Assembly: GCA_965206595.1 (NCBI GenBank)
Contig: OZ242214.1
Coordinates: forward strand, 4,000,001-4,064,000
Origin: Candidatus Latescibacterota bacterium
GTDB lineage: Bacteria; Latescibacterota; UBA2968; UBA8231
Length of the DNA stretch: 64,000 bases
Direction of reading: 5' to 3'
The notes below the pieces were generated by a model that had not been told where the DNA came from, ran no database searches, and saw only the letters and a list, made by a program, of their open reading frames with translations. Position 1 is the stretch's first letter; each line of letters opens with the position of its first letter. Shown in pieces: positions 8,490 through 20,931 of this stretch. Position numbers and translations under genes: made by a program.

Positions 8490-10847
8490 TCACTCCCGCG
8501 CGGTAATCTGGAAAGCGTAGAGGCGGGCGCGGTCGAGGGTGAACCGCAGGCGCACGGCCTGTCCCCGCCAGGGAGCCAGGTCGGCGACCACCTCGTCCAC
8601 GGCGTCCCCCTCGAAGACCGCCGCCTCCGGTCCCAGGGGATCCCCCGCCTCGTCGGCCAGCTCGACGCGGATGGAGCCGCCCCGGTCCGTGGCCGCATTG
8701 AGGCGCAGCTCGTCTCCGTCCACGCGGATCGGGCGGGTGCCGAGACGGCCGCACCCGTCCACCGGCTCGGCGTGGGCCACGCGGAAGGGCCGGCAGCGGG
8801 CGAAGGCCGGCTGGTACCGGGTCTCCTTGCCGTCGGCCCAGTAGCCCTCCCAGGTGGTGAAGTAGGGGGCGTCGGCGTGGTTGGGACAGCTGCGGCGGAA
8901 CTCCTCCAGGTCCTTCCACCCGGACATGATCCCGTAGCCGTTGTGGCGCGTGTTGATGGCCGTGTAGTGGTACCACCACAGGCCGCCGAGCTCGCTGTAC
9001 ATATAGATGTCGCGGATCATGCCGAAGTCGTAGGTGCCCGGGCCGTTGGACTCGATGAGGCTGTGCCGGTGCCCGGTGAAGCGCTTGAAGTGCAGCAGGT
9101 CGCGGGTCCAGATCAGCTCCGGCTCCTGCGTCTGCTCGATCCCCCAGTGGAGCAGCACCGAGCCGAGGTAGAGGTTCCGCCGCGGGAAGGCCTGGTTGAC
9201 CTTGTGCTTCCCCTTGTTGAGCGCGGGACGGCCCGGCGCGTCCCCCGGGGTGCCGAAGCGCTGCATGAGCCCCATGGCGTAGAACTGTGACCCCAGCCGG
9301 TCGTGTCCGTCCGGGCCCAGCACGAAGCGGCGGTCGTAGGTGATGCCGTCGGCGGTGGACATGACCGCCAGGCAGCGCAGGGCGAGGTGCATGTTGTCGT
9401 AGGTGGCGCCGTGGGGCGGGTAGGCGGGCGAGGCGGGGCGGAAGTAGAAGTGAAGCCGCTTTCCGTCCGACTCCTCCACGTGGCAGCGGATCGTCTCGCT
9501 GGTGTGCATCAGGTCCATGCCGACGCCGAGGTAGAGGACCGGCTCCCGCGTCAGCACGAGGTAGAGGTCGCCGCGCTGCTCGAAGGGCCAGAACTCCCCC
9601 TTGCGGGGACGGAAGGCCCCGCTCTCCCCGCCCTCTCCGTCCTGGTTTTCGAGGCTCCTGCAGCGGGAGGGGAAGTCCTCCTTGGCCGAGGCGATGAAGA
9701 CGTGGTCGATGTCGACGGGGCCGTCCCTCCCCGCATCGTAGAAGCGGAACTCCGCGTGCTCCAGGGCGTGGGCCCTCTGCCGTTCCGCCGGGGTGGGATC
9801 GCGGTCGTCGCTGAGGATGTTGTTGGCCGTGGAGCCGTCGTACTCGACGAGCCCGAGGGCCGGCTTCTCCCAGCTCTCGCCGTCCTCGCTGACCAGCAGC
9901 ATGCGCAGGCGGCTGCGCTCCTCGCGCGTGTCCTCCCGCTCGATGCGCCCGCCGCCGTTGCGGTAGACGGCCTCGTAGCGTCCGGCTTCCTCGTTCCAGG
10001 TCACGGACTCGAGGCCGAGCATCTCCTCGTCGTGGGGTTCGGTGGTGGCGGCCAGGGGCGCCGGGTTCTTGTCCATGGTGTCGGGGACGAACTGGACGCC
10101 CTCGGCCTCCTCGAAGCTGTAGTCGTCGACCAGCACCTCGGGATAGCCGGCCAGCTCGAGCACCTCCGGGGGCGGCGGCCCGGCGCCGGCCTGCTTCCAG
10201 AACTTGCGCACGCACCAGGGTCCCACCGGCTCGCCGCCCACCAGCGGCCGCAGGCGGATCCAGTACTCGCCGGGGCCCCAGCCGGCGATGGAGAAGGAGT
10301 GCTCCTGCAGCTCGTGGGTCAGGCTCAGGCGCCAGGGGCCGGCCAGGGGGGCGGAGCCTTCGCGGGAGGTGACGTCCGCCTCCACCTCGCAGCGGCTGAC
10401 GCGGCGGCGACGGATGCGGTAGAGGAAGCGGGCCTCGTCCTCGTCGAGGAACAGGGCCTGCCGCGGCGCGCACTCGATGATCTGCGGGCGGGCGTCGACG
10501 GCGATGACCATGCGGTCGGAGGGGAAGAAGCCGTGGGGGTCGAGGATGGTGGACCCGGAGACGATCACGCGGCCCTCGGCCATCAGCTGCACGTCGAAGC
10601 GGTACTCCCCCATGAGCCAGCTGTCCTCCCAGAGGCCGGGCCTGGGGTCGTGGCGCCCGTCGTCGACCAGCGGATAGAGGATGGGGACGCGGGCCTTGCC
10701 GTCCCGCACCTCCACCTCCTCCACCGTCAGCTCCTGGACGTATCCCTGGGGCTGGCGAACCCGGACCCGGGCGGTCAGGTTATCGGCGCCAGGCGGGCAG
10801 TCCAGGACCAGGCTCTTCCACCAGTAGCTGTTCTCGATGAACTCCAT
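8490..10847 (-). CDS. Hypothetical protein with GH32/GH43-like beta-propeller and C-terminal beta-sandwich
   Basis: SEDGESWEKPALGLVEYDGSTANN and terminal LRLNA...GSIRVEL.D..G...VRLRFTLDRARLYAF motifs; GAGG RBS before ATG 10847. Confidence 0.6.
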   Translation of the reverse strand: MEFIENSYWWKSLVLDCPPGADNLTARVRVRQPQGYVQELTVEEVEVRDGKARVPILYPLVDDGRHDPRPGLWEDSWLMGEYRFDVQLMAEGRVIVSGSTILDPHGFFPSDRMVIAVDARPQIIECAPRQALFLDEDEARFLYRIRRRRVSRCEVEADVTSREGSAPLAGPWRLSLTHELQEHSFSIAGWGPGEYWIRLRPLVGGEPVGPWCVRKFWKQAGAGPPPPEVLELAGYPEVLVDDYSFEEAEGVQFVPDTMDKNPAPLAATTEPHDEEMLGLESVTWNEEAGRYEAVYRNGGGRIEREDTREERSRLRMLLVSEDGESWEKPALGLVEYDGSTANNILSDDRDPTPAERQRAHALEHAEFRFYDAGRDGPVDIDHVFIASAKEDFPSRCRSLENQDGEGGESGAFRPRKGEFWPFEQRGDLYLVLTREPVLYLGVGMDLMHTSETIRCHVEESDGKRLHFYFRPASPAYPPHGATYDNMHLALRCLAVMSTADGITYDRRFVLGPDGHDRLGSQFYAMGLMQRFGTPGDAPGRPALNKGKHKVNQAFPRRNLYLGSVLLHWGIEQTQEPELIWTRDLLHFKRFTGHRHSLIESNGPGTYDFGMIRDIYMYSELGGLWWYHYTAINTRHNGYGIMSGWKDLEEFRRSCPNHADAPYFTTWEGYWADGKETRYQPAFARCRPFRVAHAEPVDGCGRLGTRPIRVDGDELRLNAATDRGGSIRVELADEAGDPLGPEAAVFEGDAVDEVVADLAPWRGQAVRLRFTLDRARLYAFQITARE

Positions 10848-10914
10848 GGCTGTCCTCGCCGCAGGAAAATAGCCGGCTGGCGGGTCTCCGTCAGCGGGAT
10901 GGAGGCGTTGCGGC

Positions 10915-11053
10915 CGACACCAGCTGCTGCCCGGCCCGTGGCGGTCGCTGCGGATCGTGCCCGCCCTGGCCGTCCCGCCTTCATCGGGCACCCTGCCGGC
11001 TCCATGCGTAGGTTGTCAGCGAACTGCGAAGGCACCGATATCGGTGCCTTCGC
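10915..11053 (+). repeat. Internally deleted IS91/ISCR-like 3'-end relic (copy A), ending in a 28-bp perfect palindrome
   Basis: gcggtcgctgcggatcgtgcccgccctg and tcagcgaactgc...accgatatcggtgcctt match the 22407-22787 copy. Palindrome GCGAAGGCACCGAT|ATCGGTGCCTTCGC at 11026-11053. Confidence 0.7.
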
Positions 11054-11064
11054 GCGAAGGAGGA

Positions 11065-12168
11065 ATGATGGGAAAACTGGAACGGGACGGGCGCGTCATC
11101 GTCGCCGAAGGGGGGATTTGCCCCTCCCTGGAACGCCTGAGCAACGGCGACCTGCTGGTGGCATATCGGGACGACACCCAAAGCATGACGTGCGTGAGCG
11201 TGACGCGCTCCACCGACTGCGGCCGGACGTGGCGCAAGGAGCACACCTTCGCCTACGGCGCCTCGGCGGAGCGGGCGGACGAACAGTTCTACGGCCATCA
11301 CGGCATGGCGCAACTCGCCGACGGCACCATCCTGCTGCCCTACAACGTCTACGGAACCAGCTACAGCGGCGTCTACAACCGCACCGTGTGCGTGCGCAAG
11401 TCGGTGGATCAGGGGCACACCTGGTCGGAGCCGATCGTGGTGGTTCCCGGCCCGGGCCCGGCTGCCGGCTGGGCCGCGGCGGTTTCCTACGGCAAGATCC
11501 GCACCCTCCACGACGGCACCGTGATCCTGCCGGTCATCGGCCGCCGCGAGGGCGACCGCTTCGGCCGCCACGGGTTCCTGACCTCCAGCGACGGCGGCGA
11601 AACCTGGGAGCGCTACGTCACCGCCGCCTGCGACCGCTACTCGGGCGACGAAGCCGATTTCCTGCAGCTTCCGAGCGGCCGCATTCTGTGCGTGAACCGC
11701 GATCCCTCCAACACCCACGGGCACGGGGTCGGCCCGCTGTTCTGCACCTGGAGCGACGACGGCGGAGCCACCTGGAGCAGCCACGAAATGGTGGGCTGGT
11801 CGGACCCGCGCTACGGCCACTCCCCGGCGCTGTTTCTCACCAGGACCGGCACCGTGGTCTGCGGCTACCGGCACGTGGCCGAGATGGACCACCTGCATAT
11901 CGGCAGCGTGGCGTTCTGTTACGTCAAGGAGGAGGGGCTGGACTGGAGCGGCGAGACCCACATCTACGGCGGCCCCATGTCCCTGTCGTTCCTGATGCAG
12001 TTCGACGCCATGGGGATGGGCTACCCCAGCTTCGCCTACGCCGACGACGAGCGCATCCTGGTGGTGCACCACACCCAGCCGCCGCCGGCGGTCGGGAAGC
12101 GAGATATCGAGGGGGTGTTCTACGTGGAGCGGGACGAGGAGCCGGCCTGGCGCGGCGACGTGAGCTGA
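11065..12168 (+). CDS. Sialidase-family (BNR/Asp-box repeat) protein
   Basis: Four Asp-boxes: STDCGRTW, SVDQGHTW, SSDGGETW, SDDGGATW. Also GYPS motif and GGAGG RBS. Confidence 0.85.
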   Translation: MMGKLERDGRVIVAEGGICPSLERLSNGDLLVAYRDDTQSMTCVSVTRSTDCGRTWRKEHTFAYGASAERADEQFYGHHGMAQLADGTILLPYNVYGTSYSGVYNRTVCVRKSVDQGHTWSEPIVVVPGPGPAAGWAAAVSYGKIRTLHDGTVILPVIGRREGDRFGRHGFLTSSDGGETWERYVTAACDRYSGDEADFLQLPSGRILCVNRDPSNTHGHGVGPLFCTWSDDGGATWSSHEMVGWSDPRYGHSPALFLTRTGTVVCGYRHVAEMDHLHIGSVAFCYVKEEGLDWSGETHIYGGPMSLSFLMQFDAMGMGYPSFAYADDERILVVHHTQPPPAVGKRDIEGVFYVERDEEPAWRGDVS

Positions 12169-12286
12169 GGCCGCTTGGGCCGGGTTTCGACGGGCTGTCG
12201 TTGCCGGGCCCCCTGTGTTTCAGGAGACACCATGGTATCCTGAGAACACGGGGGGCCGCAGCTCATCTGGAAGAGAACCGCCGGGA

Positions 12287-14485
<2,199 letters not shown>

Positions 14486-14885
14486 TTAACGGGGTTCTCG
14501 TTTCCGGACAAGGGATTCCGGCTCGGGAAATGGCGCAGGTTGGGGGGCACCACCCTTCGGCTGTAACGGCGGTACGGAGGACGGGTAGGGGTGAGGTGGG
14601 CATGGCGTCGGGGGCCCTCCTCGATTCGAGCTGCTCCGCCTGCGAAAATGCCCTGGGGTGGACGGCCCTGCTGGCCCGGGTGCTTTTTCGCGGACCTCAG
14701 CGGATGTCCGGCCACTGACCGAGTGAAGACAGTCTTCGCCGCGCCCTGGAGATGTTCCCCCAGGGCACGGTCCGCAACGCCGCCGAAAAAGCCTGTGGGG
14801 CCACCAAGAGGGGCCACCCCGCCCCTTGACCCCTGCCACAGTGGCAATTACGTACCCGTAACCAACCTCGATGGAGGTAAATACC

Positions 14886-15173
14886 ATGGCCGCCCCTGAA
14901 ACAACCCTGGTCGATGTCTCCGACTTGGTCCGTTCCGCCCTCCCTGAATTCCTCGGCGACGGCATAGTCATAGCCGACGTATACTCGGAATTCCTGCCAG
15001 GACCCGACGGTGATGACTATATCAGAACTACGGTGATCCTGGAGGATGATCACCCTGAACTCGATGCACGAACCCTGAACAAGTTCTCTCTGCACATCGC
15101 CCCGCTCTGCATGCAACGAGGCTTCGACCGACCGACCATCGCCTATGCCAACAGAAGCGAGATTCCGGTATGA
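14886..15173 (+). CDS. Hypothetical protein (95 aa)
   Basis: Strong GGAGGT RBS before ATG 14886 and natural amino-acid composition; family not recognised. Confidence 0.65.
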   Translation: MAAPETTLVDVSDLVRSALPEFLGDGIVIADVYSEFLPGPDGDDYIRTTVILEDDHPELDARTLNKFSLHIAPLCMQRGFDRPTIAYANRSEIPV

Positions 15174-15255
15174 CTGCCAGCAGCACCCAACCGGCCTTTC
15201 ATAATGCACTTTCAACGGAGTAACCGCGCTCGAAAAATCTGACAGGAGGGCTTTT

Positions 15256-16611
15256 GTGAACGACGATGTATTGCTGAGGTTCCTACGCAAGGGACTAATC
15301 GACGTAGGAGGCGATGACGACAAGCTCGGCCACTTGAGGCAAACGGCAGCCGATCTGGCCGGAATCCTCGAAAAGAGCCCGGCCAAGGCTTCGGCGTTCG
15401 CTCTTGTGGCGTTCGATCCTGATGTGCCGCCCAATGACCCGACCATCGCTGAGGCGGAAGAAGCACTACGCAAACGTTGGGAGACCTACGTCAATACATT
15501 TGCCGACACGCCAGTTGCGGTGTTTCGAGCCATGCTGTTGGATGCAGTGATCAAAGCCTGCGAGAAAAACGACACGGTGGCCGCGGCATTCGTTGCATCC
15601 GCGCGAAACGTGCTTCCGTTCATGGAGGTTGGCGAAGAGCGGGAAATCTGGGCTGACGTCGTCGCTGAAATCGAGAGGAAAGTGGAGGAGCGTGCTGAGA
15701 GGGAATGGGCAACACCTGAGTCGATTTCCGTGCCGGATATCAAGTTTGAGTCTGCCTCTGAGGTCGATATTCGTATTGTATCGAAAAAGACAAAGGCATC
15801 GAGCCTCAAGCCAAAGTTTGAGGCAGCTGCAGGACCTCACTCCATTAATCCTGAGGGAATACAGGGAGACACCGAAGGAAATCAGTACATGCCGCATGGC
15901 AATCCATATGAGTGGGTCTACCAGTTTGGCACGCTGATGGCTGAGGCTGTTGGAGATGCGATAAATCGGGCGGTTGGAAGTCTGTCTGTCGAAGGGCTCG
16001 ACCTGCCCGAATTTTCCCAAGACATAACGAACGTGATGTCCGAGCACCTCACGACCACATTGCAAGCCGTCAGCAGCGCCACGACCGGACTTCAGCGGCG
16101 TACGAATTTGCTGTGGTGGAAGGAGGCACTGTTTTCCCCGAGCGCTCGGAAGAGCTATCGCGAAATGTTGACATTCGACGCGGCGATGCTGATGGCTTTC
16201 GACATGCACCGAAATATCCCGACCTTCTCACCCGCGAGCGTCGCCGCGTTCCTGCGGGAGACGGTCATTGCGTTGCCAACGATGGATCAGGACGAGAAGG
16301 TTGCGATCAGGGAATTGGTAGAGAAGGCCCGCGATACCAGCATTCTGGAGGAGCTGAGAACGGAGGTAGGCAAACTGGTCGCCGCTCCTGCGGGTCGCAG
16401 CTCGATTCTCGGATTGATAGGGCATTCGGAGGCTGTGCCGCGAATCGACGACGGCACGTTTCGGGACTTCGTCGGGGTCAAGCCCGACACAATGCTCACC
16501 TTGCCGGATTGGTCGGTATGGATATTTCGCGAGCTTCAGGCGACTCGGGCCATTGCGGAAGCCTCCGCTCCCAAGCGGCGGACGGCTAGGGAGCGGAGGG
16601 CTGGGAAATAA
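15256..16611 (+). CDS. GTPase-associated system all-helical protein (GASH-like)
   Basis: AGGAGG RBS plus GTG start, predominantly helical-looking sequence, LLWWKEALFSPS...SYR motif, first gene of a double-GTPase operon. Confidence 0.75.
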   Translation: MNDDVLLRFLRKGLIDVGGDDDKLGHLRQTAADLAGILEKSPAKASAFALVAFDPDVPPNDPTIAEAEEALRKRWETYVNTFADTPVAVFRAMLLDAVIKACEKNDTVAAAFVASARNVLPFMEVGEEREIWADVVAEIERKVEERAEREWATPESISVPDIKFESASEVDIRIVSKKTKASSLKPKFEAAAGPHSINPEGIQGDTEGNQYMPHGNPYEWVYQFGTLMAEAVGDAINRAVGSLSVEGLDLPEFSQDITNVMSEHLTTTLQAVSSATTGLQRRTNLLWWKEALFSPSARKSYREMLTFDAAMLMAFDMHRNIPTFSPASVAAFLRETVIALPTMDQDEKVAIRELVEKARDTSILEELRTEVGKLVAAPAGRSSILGLIGHSEAVPRIDDGTFRDFVGVKPDTMLTLPDWSVWIFRELQATRAIAEASAPKRRTARERRAGK

Positions 16612-16616
16612 ACGCC

Positions 16617-17567
16617 ATGGCGGAATGTCCCCGGGAGACATGTTGGCCGGATATGGGCTGTAGTCTGGGCCACCTCGACCTCTCGAAGTGTCCGGCGCTG
16701 AAAGCGGACCGCACGGAAAAGGAGGACGAGGAAGCGTTGACGGAAGCGGCGGCCATGCCCTGGTCGGGAGGCGCGCTCGGGCTTACAGACCTCGGTTTCG
16801 TCGCAGGTCGGAACAAGCCGATCGTGCTGGCGATCATAGGACCGCATAAGGCGGGCAAGACCACGTTACTGGGAGCTTGGTATCTGTTGCTCGGAAAAGG
16901 TTTCCGACTGGACGACAAGCTGCGATTCGCAGGTTCCTGCTCGCTCGGCGGATGGGAGGTTGTTGCAAGCTCGCTACGGTGGGAGCCGGGTTCAATTCCT
17001 CCCGCGTTCCCACCGCACACGACCAGTAGCAATACACGCATCCCGGGATTGCTCCACTTGGCGTTCAGGCACGGGCAGGATCATCGCAGGGACTATGTGA
17101 TGACGGATGCGCCCGGCGAATGGTTCCAGAAATGGGCGATCAAGAGCGATGCGCCAGAGGCGGAAGGCGCGCGATGGGCTGCCGAACACGCCGACGCGTT
17201 CCTGTTGGTAGCGGATCGCGAAGCCTTGGCGGGAGAGGAAAGGGGCGCCGCCCGCAGCGGAATTCAACTGCTCGCGCGACGCTTGGCGGATGAGCTTAAA
17301 GGGAGGCCCGTCGCCCTTGTCTGGACGAAAGCGGATGTTTCGATCACGAGCAAGATGGAAGAAGCAGTGCGAAGCGCGGTGCGGAGGGTGATCCCGGAAG
17401 CCGTCGAGTTTGAGGTCAGCATCATGCCCGAGTCCGACAGTGCTGAGAACGAGCAGGGGTTCCTGAACCTTCTTGGCTGGGCTCTGGATGTCCGCCGACC
17501 GGCCGTACAGCTCCCTGAACCGGCGAGCGGCAATCTCGATCCCGTGTTCAGATTTGGTGCGAGATAG
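16617..17567 (+). CDS. TRAFAC-clade GTPase (double-GTPase system) with N-terminal Cys/His cluster
   Basis: G1 GPHKAGKTT, G3 DAPGE, G4 WTKAD; N-terminus CPRETC...CSLGH...C. Confidence 0.85.
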   Translation: MAECPRETCWPDMGCSLGHLDLSKCPALKADRTEKEDEEALTEAAAMPWSGGALGLTDLGFVAGRNKPIVLAIIGPHKAGKTTLLGAWYLLLGKGFRLDDKLRFAGSCSLGGWEVVASSLRWEPGSIPPAFPPHTTSSNTRIPGLLHLAFRHGQDHRRDYVMTDAPGEWFQKWAIKSDAPEAEGARWAAEHADAFLLVADREALAGEERGAARSGIQLLARRLADELKGRPVALVWTKADVSITSKMEEAVRSAVRRVIPEAVEFEVSIMPESDSAENEQGFLNLLGWALDVRRPAVQLPEPASGNLDPVFRFGAR

Positions 17568-17570
17568 ACA

Positions 17571-18404
17571 ATGGGAGTGCCCGACAGGTCGATCCTGGTG
17601 ATCGGGGAATCCGGCGTTGGCAAGTCTCACTACGGAGGCCAGCTGCTGAAGCGGCTGATGAAAGAGGACGGGCGCATCCGAATGGCGGGAGCAGCGGCCA
17701 ATCTGGAGCCCTTCGAAGCCGTTATGGCCAGACTGGATGCTGGGGTGTCGGCGGACCATACTTCCACTGCGGTCTACCATGAGAGCCGCTGGCCGGTTAT
17801 CGATGAAGAGGGACGCAAGGCCAACTTGATCTGGCCCGATTACGGCGGCGAGCAAATCAAGAACATCATCGACAAGAGGCGTCTTCCGCATGCCTGGCTG
17901 AACCGGATCGCCCAGTCCTCGGCTTGGCTCCTGTTGATTCGTCTGCAAAGGGCTCGGGTCGAGGATGACATCTTCTCCCGTCCTCTGACATCGCTGGAGG
18001 AGAGCAGCAGAGAGCCTGGGGAGGCGCCGTTGTCCGATCAGGCCCGCTTGATCGAGTTGCTGCAAATGCTGGCATATGTCCACTCCAAATCAGATAGCCG
18101 TAGGGACCGGCTACCGTGCCTCGTTGTTCTCCTGACATGTTGGGACGAGATGAAGAGTCCAGGGAGGCCGGTCGATGTCTTGCAGGAACGCCTCCCGATG
18201 TTTGGCGAATTCGTCGATAGCAATTGGGAGGATTCTTCGGTACTCGGACTCTCTGCTCTGGAACGAGCGCTGGACAAAGAGGTACCCGACGAGAGCTATA
18301 TCGCTCAAGGCTCGGAACAGTTTGGCTACGTGATTCTGGAGGACGGCAGTCGCTCCACCGATTTGACGCTGCCGATCCGGAAGCTTCTCGCCGAACCGGC
18401 GTGA
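17571..18404 (+). CDS. Second TRAFAC-clade GTPase (double-GTPase system)
   Basis: G1 GESGVGKS, G3 DYGGE, variant G4 LTCWD; starts 3 bp after the first GTPase. Confidence 0.85.
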   Translation: MGVPDRSILVIGESGVGKSHYGGQLLKRLMKEDGRIRMAGAAANLEPFEAVMARLDAGVSADHTSTAVYHESRWPVIDEEGRKANLIWPDYGGEQIKNIIDKRRLPHAWLNRIAQSSAWLLLIRLQRARVEDDIFSRPLTSLEESSREPGEAPLSDQARLIELLQMLAYVHSKSDSRRDRLPCLVVLLTCWDEMKSPGRPVDVLQERLPMFGEFVDSNWEDSSVLGLSALERALDKEVPDESYIAQGSEQFGYVILEDGSRSTDLTLPIRKLLAEPA

Positions 18405-18426
18405 CACTGGCGTCGGAGTTCGGGCC

Positions 18427-20931
18427 ATGCAGGTAGAGCAAGCCTTGTATGGCGAGTGTCGGGGTGGACACTCCCTGCTGGTGTCGAGCGTTAACGACGC
18501 GGTGTCGACGGCCATCGTCCAGCGCCTTGATCTACCCGATACGGCACCGCCGGGTGTCGAGTGGTCGCCGTTCCTTCGTGGCTTTCCGTACGAAGATCGA
18601 TATGTGCTGTCGCGGACGTTCCGCGATACAGGTGCAACGCGGGGCGGAATGGTCTTCTCGCACGCTCTCCTCGCTCCCCTGGATGAAATGGGGGAAATGT
18701 CGGATCTGCGGCCTCTTCTGAATCTGCTCGCAGTTTCAGACCAGCAACGGCCGGATGCGGTTACGCTGCAACTCGATGGCATAGAAACGGGGCTTCCGCA
18801 TGCTGAGGACCTGACGGAGGCCGCAGAGGCGCTGGGGACGAAAGCACAACTGCCGGTTGTGCGGCTTGGCCATGTGGGGTTTGATGACCTTGTCGTCGCT
18901 TTGTGGGCGCACCTGTCACCGCAAATCCGCCGAGGGTTCGCTTTTCGCCTCAGTTTCGACCCGCGTGATCTTGTGGAAACGCCGATGCCGGCGCTGGTAT
19001 GTACGCCCCGCGGGATGGAGGCGCGCTGGTCTGAGTATCCAGTGATCCGTTCGCCGGAGCGCCGGGAACCGGGCTCGCTCGCCGGGGCGATACTGAGCGG
19101 TCACGGAAAGGCAGCTCCCCTCGTCGAATTCATGCACGACGTGGGCGTCAAGCCGGCGACGTTTTCTGAGCTGCGATTGGTAGAGCAAGCCTATTGCCTC
19201 GACATTGGCGAGCCGACGTTTGAGCGATGTGTCGGAACCGTGAGGCTGATCGGGAAGCTGTCACCCGCTGCAGATGAGGGCGAAGAGGGGAAGAACGCTC
19301 TTGTCCGACGGTTGTGTGATCAACTGTCGGCAGCCAGCGCTGAAGATATTCTGCGGGTGCGGAACCTCGAGCTTTACGCTTTCCCCTCTCCGAACCGGGT
19401 GTGGAAGGCGCTCGAGGGATGGGTGGCCAAGAACAGCTTTTCCCCGGACCAGGATGTGGAAATGCTGTCCGTGTTTGAGGACGCCACCGCTGGCACCAAT
19501 GCTGTCCATGAGTGGGGAACCGCGGTACTGGACGGGTTGGCGGTCGCGACGGGCTCGCGCAGGACCTCCTTTCCCAAAGCCTTCTGGCGCTGGTTTCAGA
19601 CTCAACCCGAAATCGTAACCGCCGTGTTCCGCCATGTCCCCGTGGAAGCCGGCGTGGAGGAACGGTTGGCGAGGGCAACGCCGCGCAATCTCGATGAAGC
19701 GGCGGCGAAGAGACTCGCGACGGACGCTTTGTCTCGCGGATGGCTCTGTCTGCACGGGGCGGTGCTGGCGGCCATTGTCTCAACGTCGGATGCGGCGCGG
19801 CGCCAGGTCGCGGTCGATACCGATCTATCGTTCGTCGAAGGTCTCCGGTGGGCTCTTCGACACGCGAAGCCGGCAGAGGTCGTCAAGTGTGCGCTGGAGA
19901 TTGATGACCCGCGCCTGCCACGGCTTGCCGGTGAAGCTGTTGCCAAGGCACCAAGGCTATTGTCCAAGGTCAATCTCACGGCGATCAAGGCGCAGGCGAT
20001 TTGGCGCGAAGCTCTAACCATCGATCCTGAGACTTGGCGGGGCCCAGCCGATCCGCAGGTCGCGTTTCGTTCGATTCTCGATCATCGGTTGAGCGGCGGC
20101 GAGACGGATACTTCGCTGATTGAACGACTGTCGGATACACCCGTCGCAGATCTCGGAGGCTATCCGCGGCGGGTAGAGATTTGGTCGCGCATTGGTGGCG
20201 CGGCACTCCAAAAGCTACTGGCGAGAACCGCCAAAGGGTGGCTCGGGCAAGCAGCCAAGGTCGGAGTTCCGTTTGTCCCCGAACGGGAACTGCAAATCGC
20301 GATCTTGGAGAGCGAGGAGCTTGAGCAGACGCTGTACGCACTAATCCCCAACGGTGTTGGCGGCCTCGTTCGAATTGTGGCTGCTCTGAATCGGTACGAC
20401 GAGCAACGGTTTCTACGCTTGTTGGAAAAAGTGCTATCGCGCACAGCCTTGGTGGCAACTGAGGACGCCGAGGTTGTTGGACGTCTGGTGCTGGAACGTA
20501 GATGGGTGGACGTCACTGCCGAGCTGGTCGATCAATATCGAAGCGGACGGCGGGATCTTGAACCCGCGCTCCGAGCCTGTGGTGACATTCTCGGTTTCTG
20601 GGATCGTTTCGTTCTTGGGGTAGCACCGGTGTCGGAGGGGGAGAAGTGGAAGGGCTTCGAGGAGATGGCTGTCCAGCTCTACCCGGGCGGTCCGGACGAC
20701 CGCGAATTATGGGAGCGTGCGGGTGGAGACAACGCCGACTTGCCAACGCGGGATGATGGGCGGTCAAGATGGCGCAGAGCGGTGCGAGAGATGCGAAATG
20801 GAAGGGGACCGACTGCCCCGGAGCTGTTGGCCGCAATGATGGAGGATTTCCAAAACAATGAACGGATCCGCCATCTCGCCGGGGATCCTGTATTTAGTGG
20901 AGGCGTCCGGGATGATTTCCAAGATGAATGA
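18427..20931 (+). CDS. GAP1-N1 domain protein with C-terminal effector-associated domain (EAD1-like)
   Basis: N-terminus EQALYGE..GGHSLL..S...D....RGGMVFSHAL; C-terminus LYPGGPDDRELWERAGGD...GRSRW is homologous to the tail of the next gene. Confidence 0.78.
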   Translation: MQVEQALYGECRGGHSLLVSSVNDAVSTAIVQRLDLPDTAPPGVEWSPFLRGFPYEDRYVLSRTFRDTGATRGGMVFSHALLAPLDEMGEMSDLRPLLNLLAVSDQQRPDAVTLQLDGIETGLPHAEDLTEAAEALGTKAQLPVVRLGHVGFDDLVVALWAHLSPQIRRGFAFRLSFDPRDLVETPMPALVCTPRGMEARWSEYPVIRSPERREPGSLAGAILSGHGKAAPLVEFMHDVGVKPATFSELRLVEQAYCLDIGEPTFERCVGTVRLIGKLSPAADEGEEGKNALVRRLCDQLSAASAEDILRVRNLELYAFPSPNRVWKALEGWVAKNSFSPDQDVEMLSVFEDATAGTNAVHEWGTAVLDGLAVATGSRRTSFPKAFWRWFQTQPEIVTAVFRHVPVEAGVEERLARATPRNLDEAAAKRLATDALSRGWLCLHGAVLAAIVSTSDAARRQVAVDTDLSFVEGLRWALRHAKPAEVVKCALEIDDPRLPRLAGEAVAKAPRLLSKVNLTAIKAQAIWREALTIDPETWRGPADPQVAFRSILDHRLSGGETDTSLIERLSDTPVADLGGYPRRVEIWSRIGGAALQKLLARTAKGWLGQAAKVGVPFVPERELQIAILESEELEQTLYALIPNGVGGLVRIVAALNRYDEQRFLRLLEKVLSRTALVATEDAEVVGRLVLERRWVDVTAELVDQYRSGRRDLEPALRACGDILGFWDRFVLGVAPVSEGEKWKGFEEMAVQLYPGGPDDRELWERAGGDNADLPTRDDGRSRWRRAVREMRNGRGPTAPELLAAMMEDFQNNERIRHLAGDPVFSGGVRDDFQDE

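Noticed and set aside
7216-10473. 1085-aa ORF taken at full length
   Set aside because: Its first ~660 aa are an Arg/Pro/Gly-rich shadow frame of the 8490..10847 gene; only the part from ~8484 looks real.
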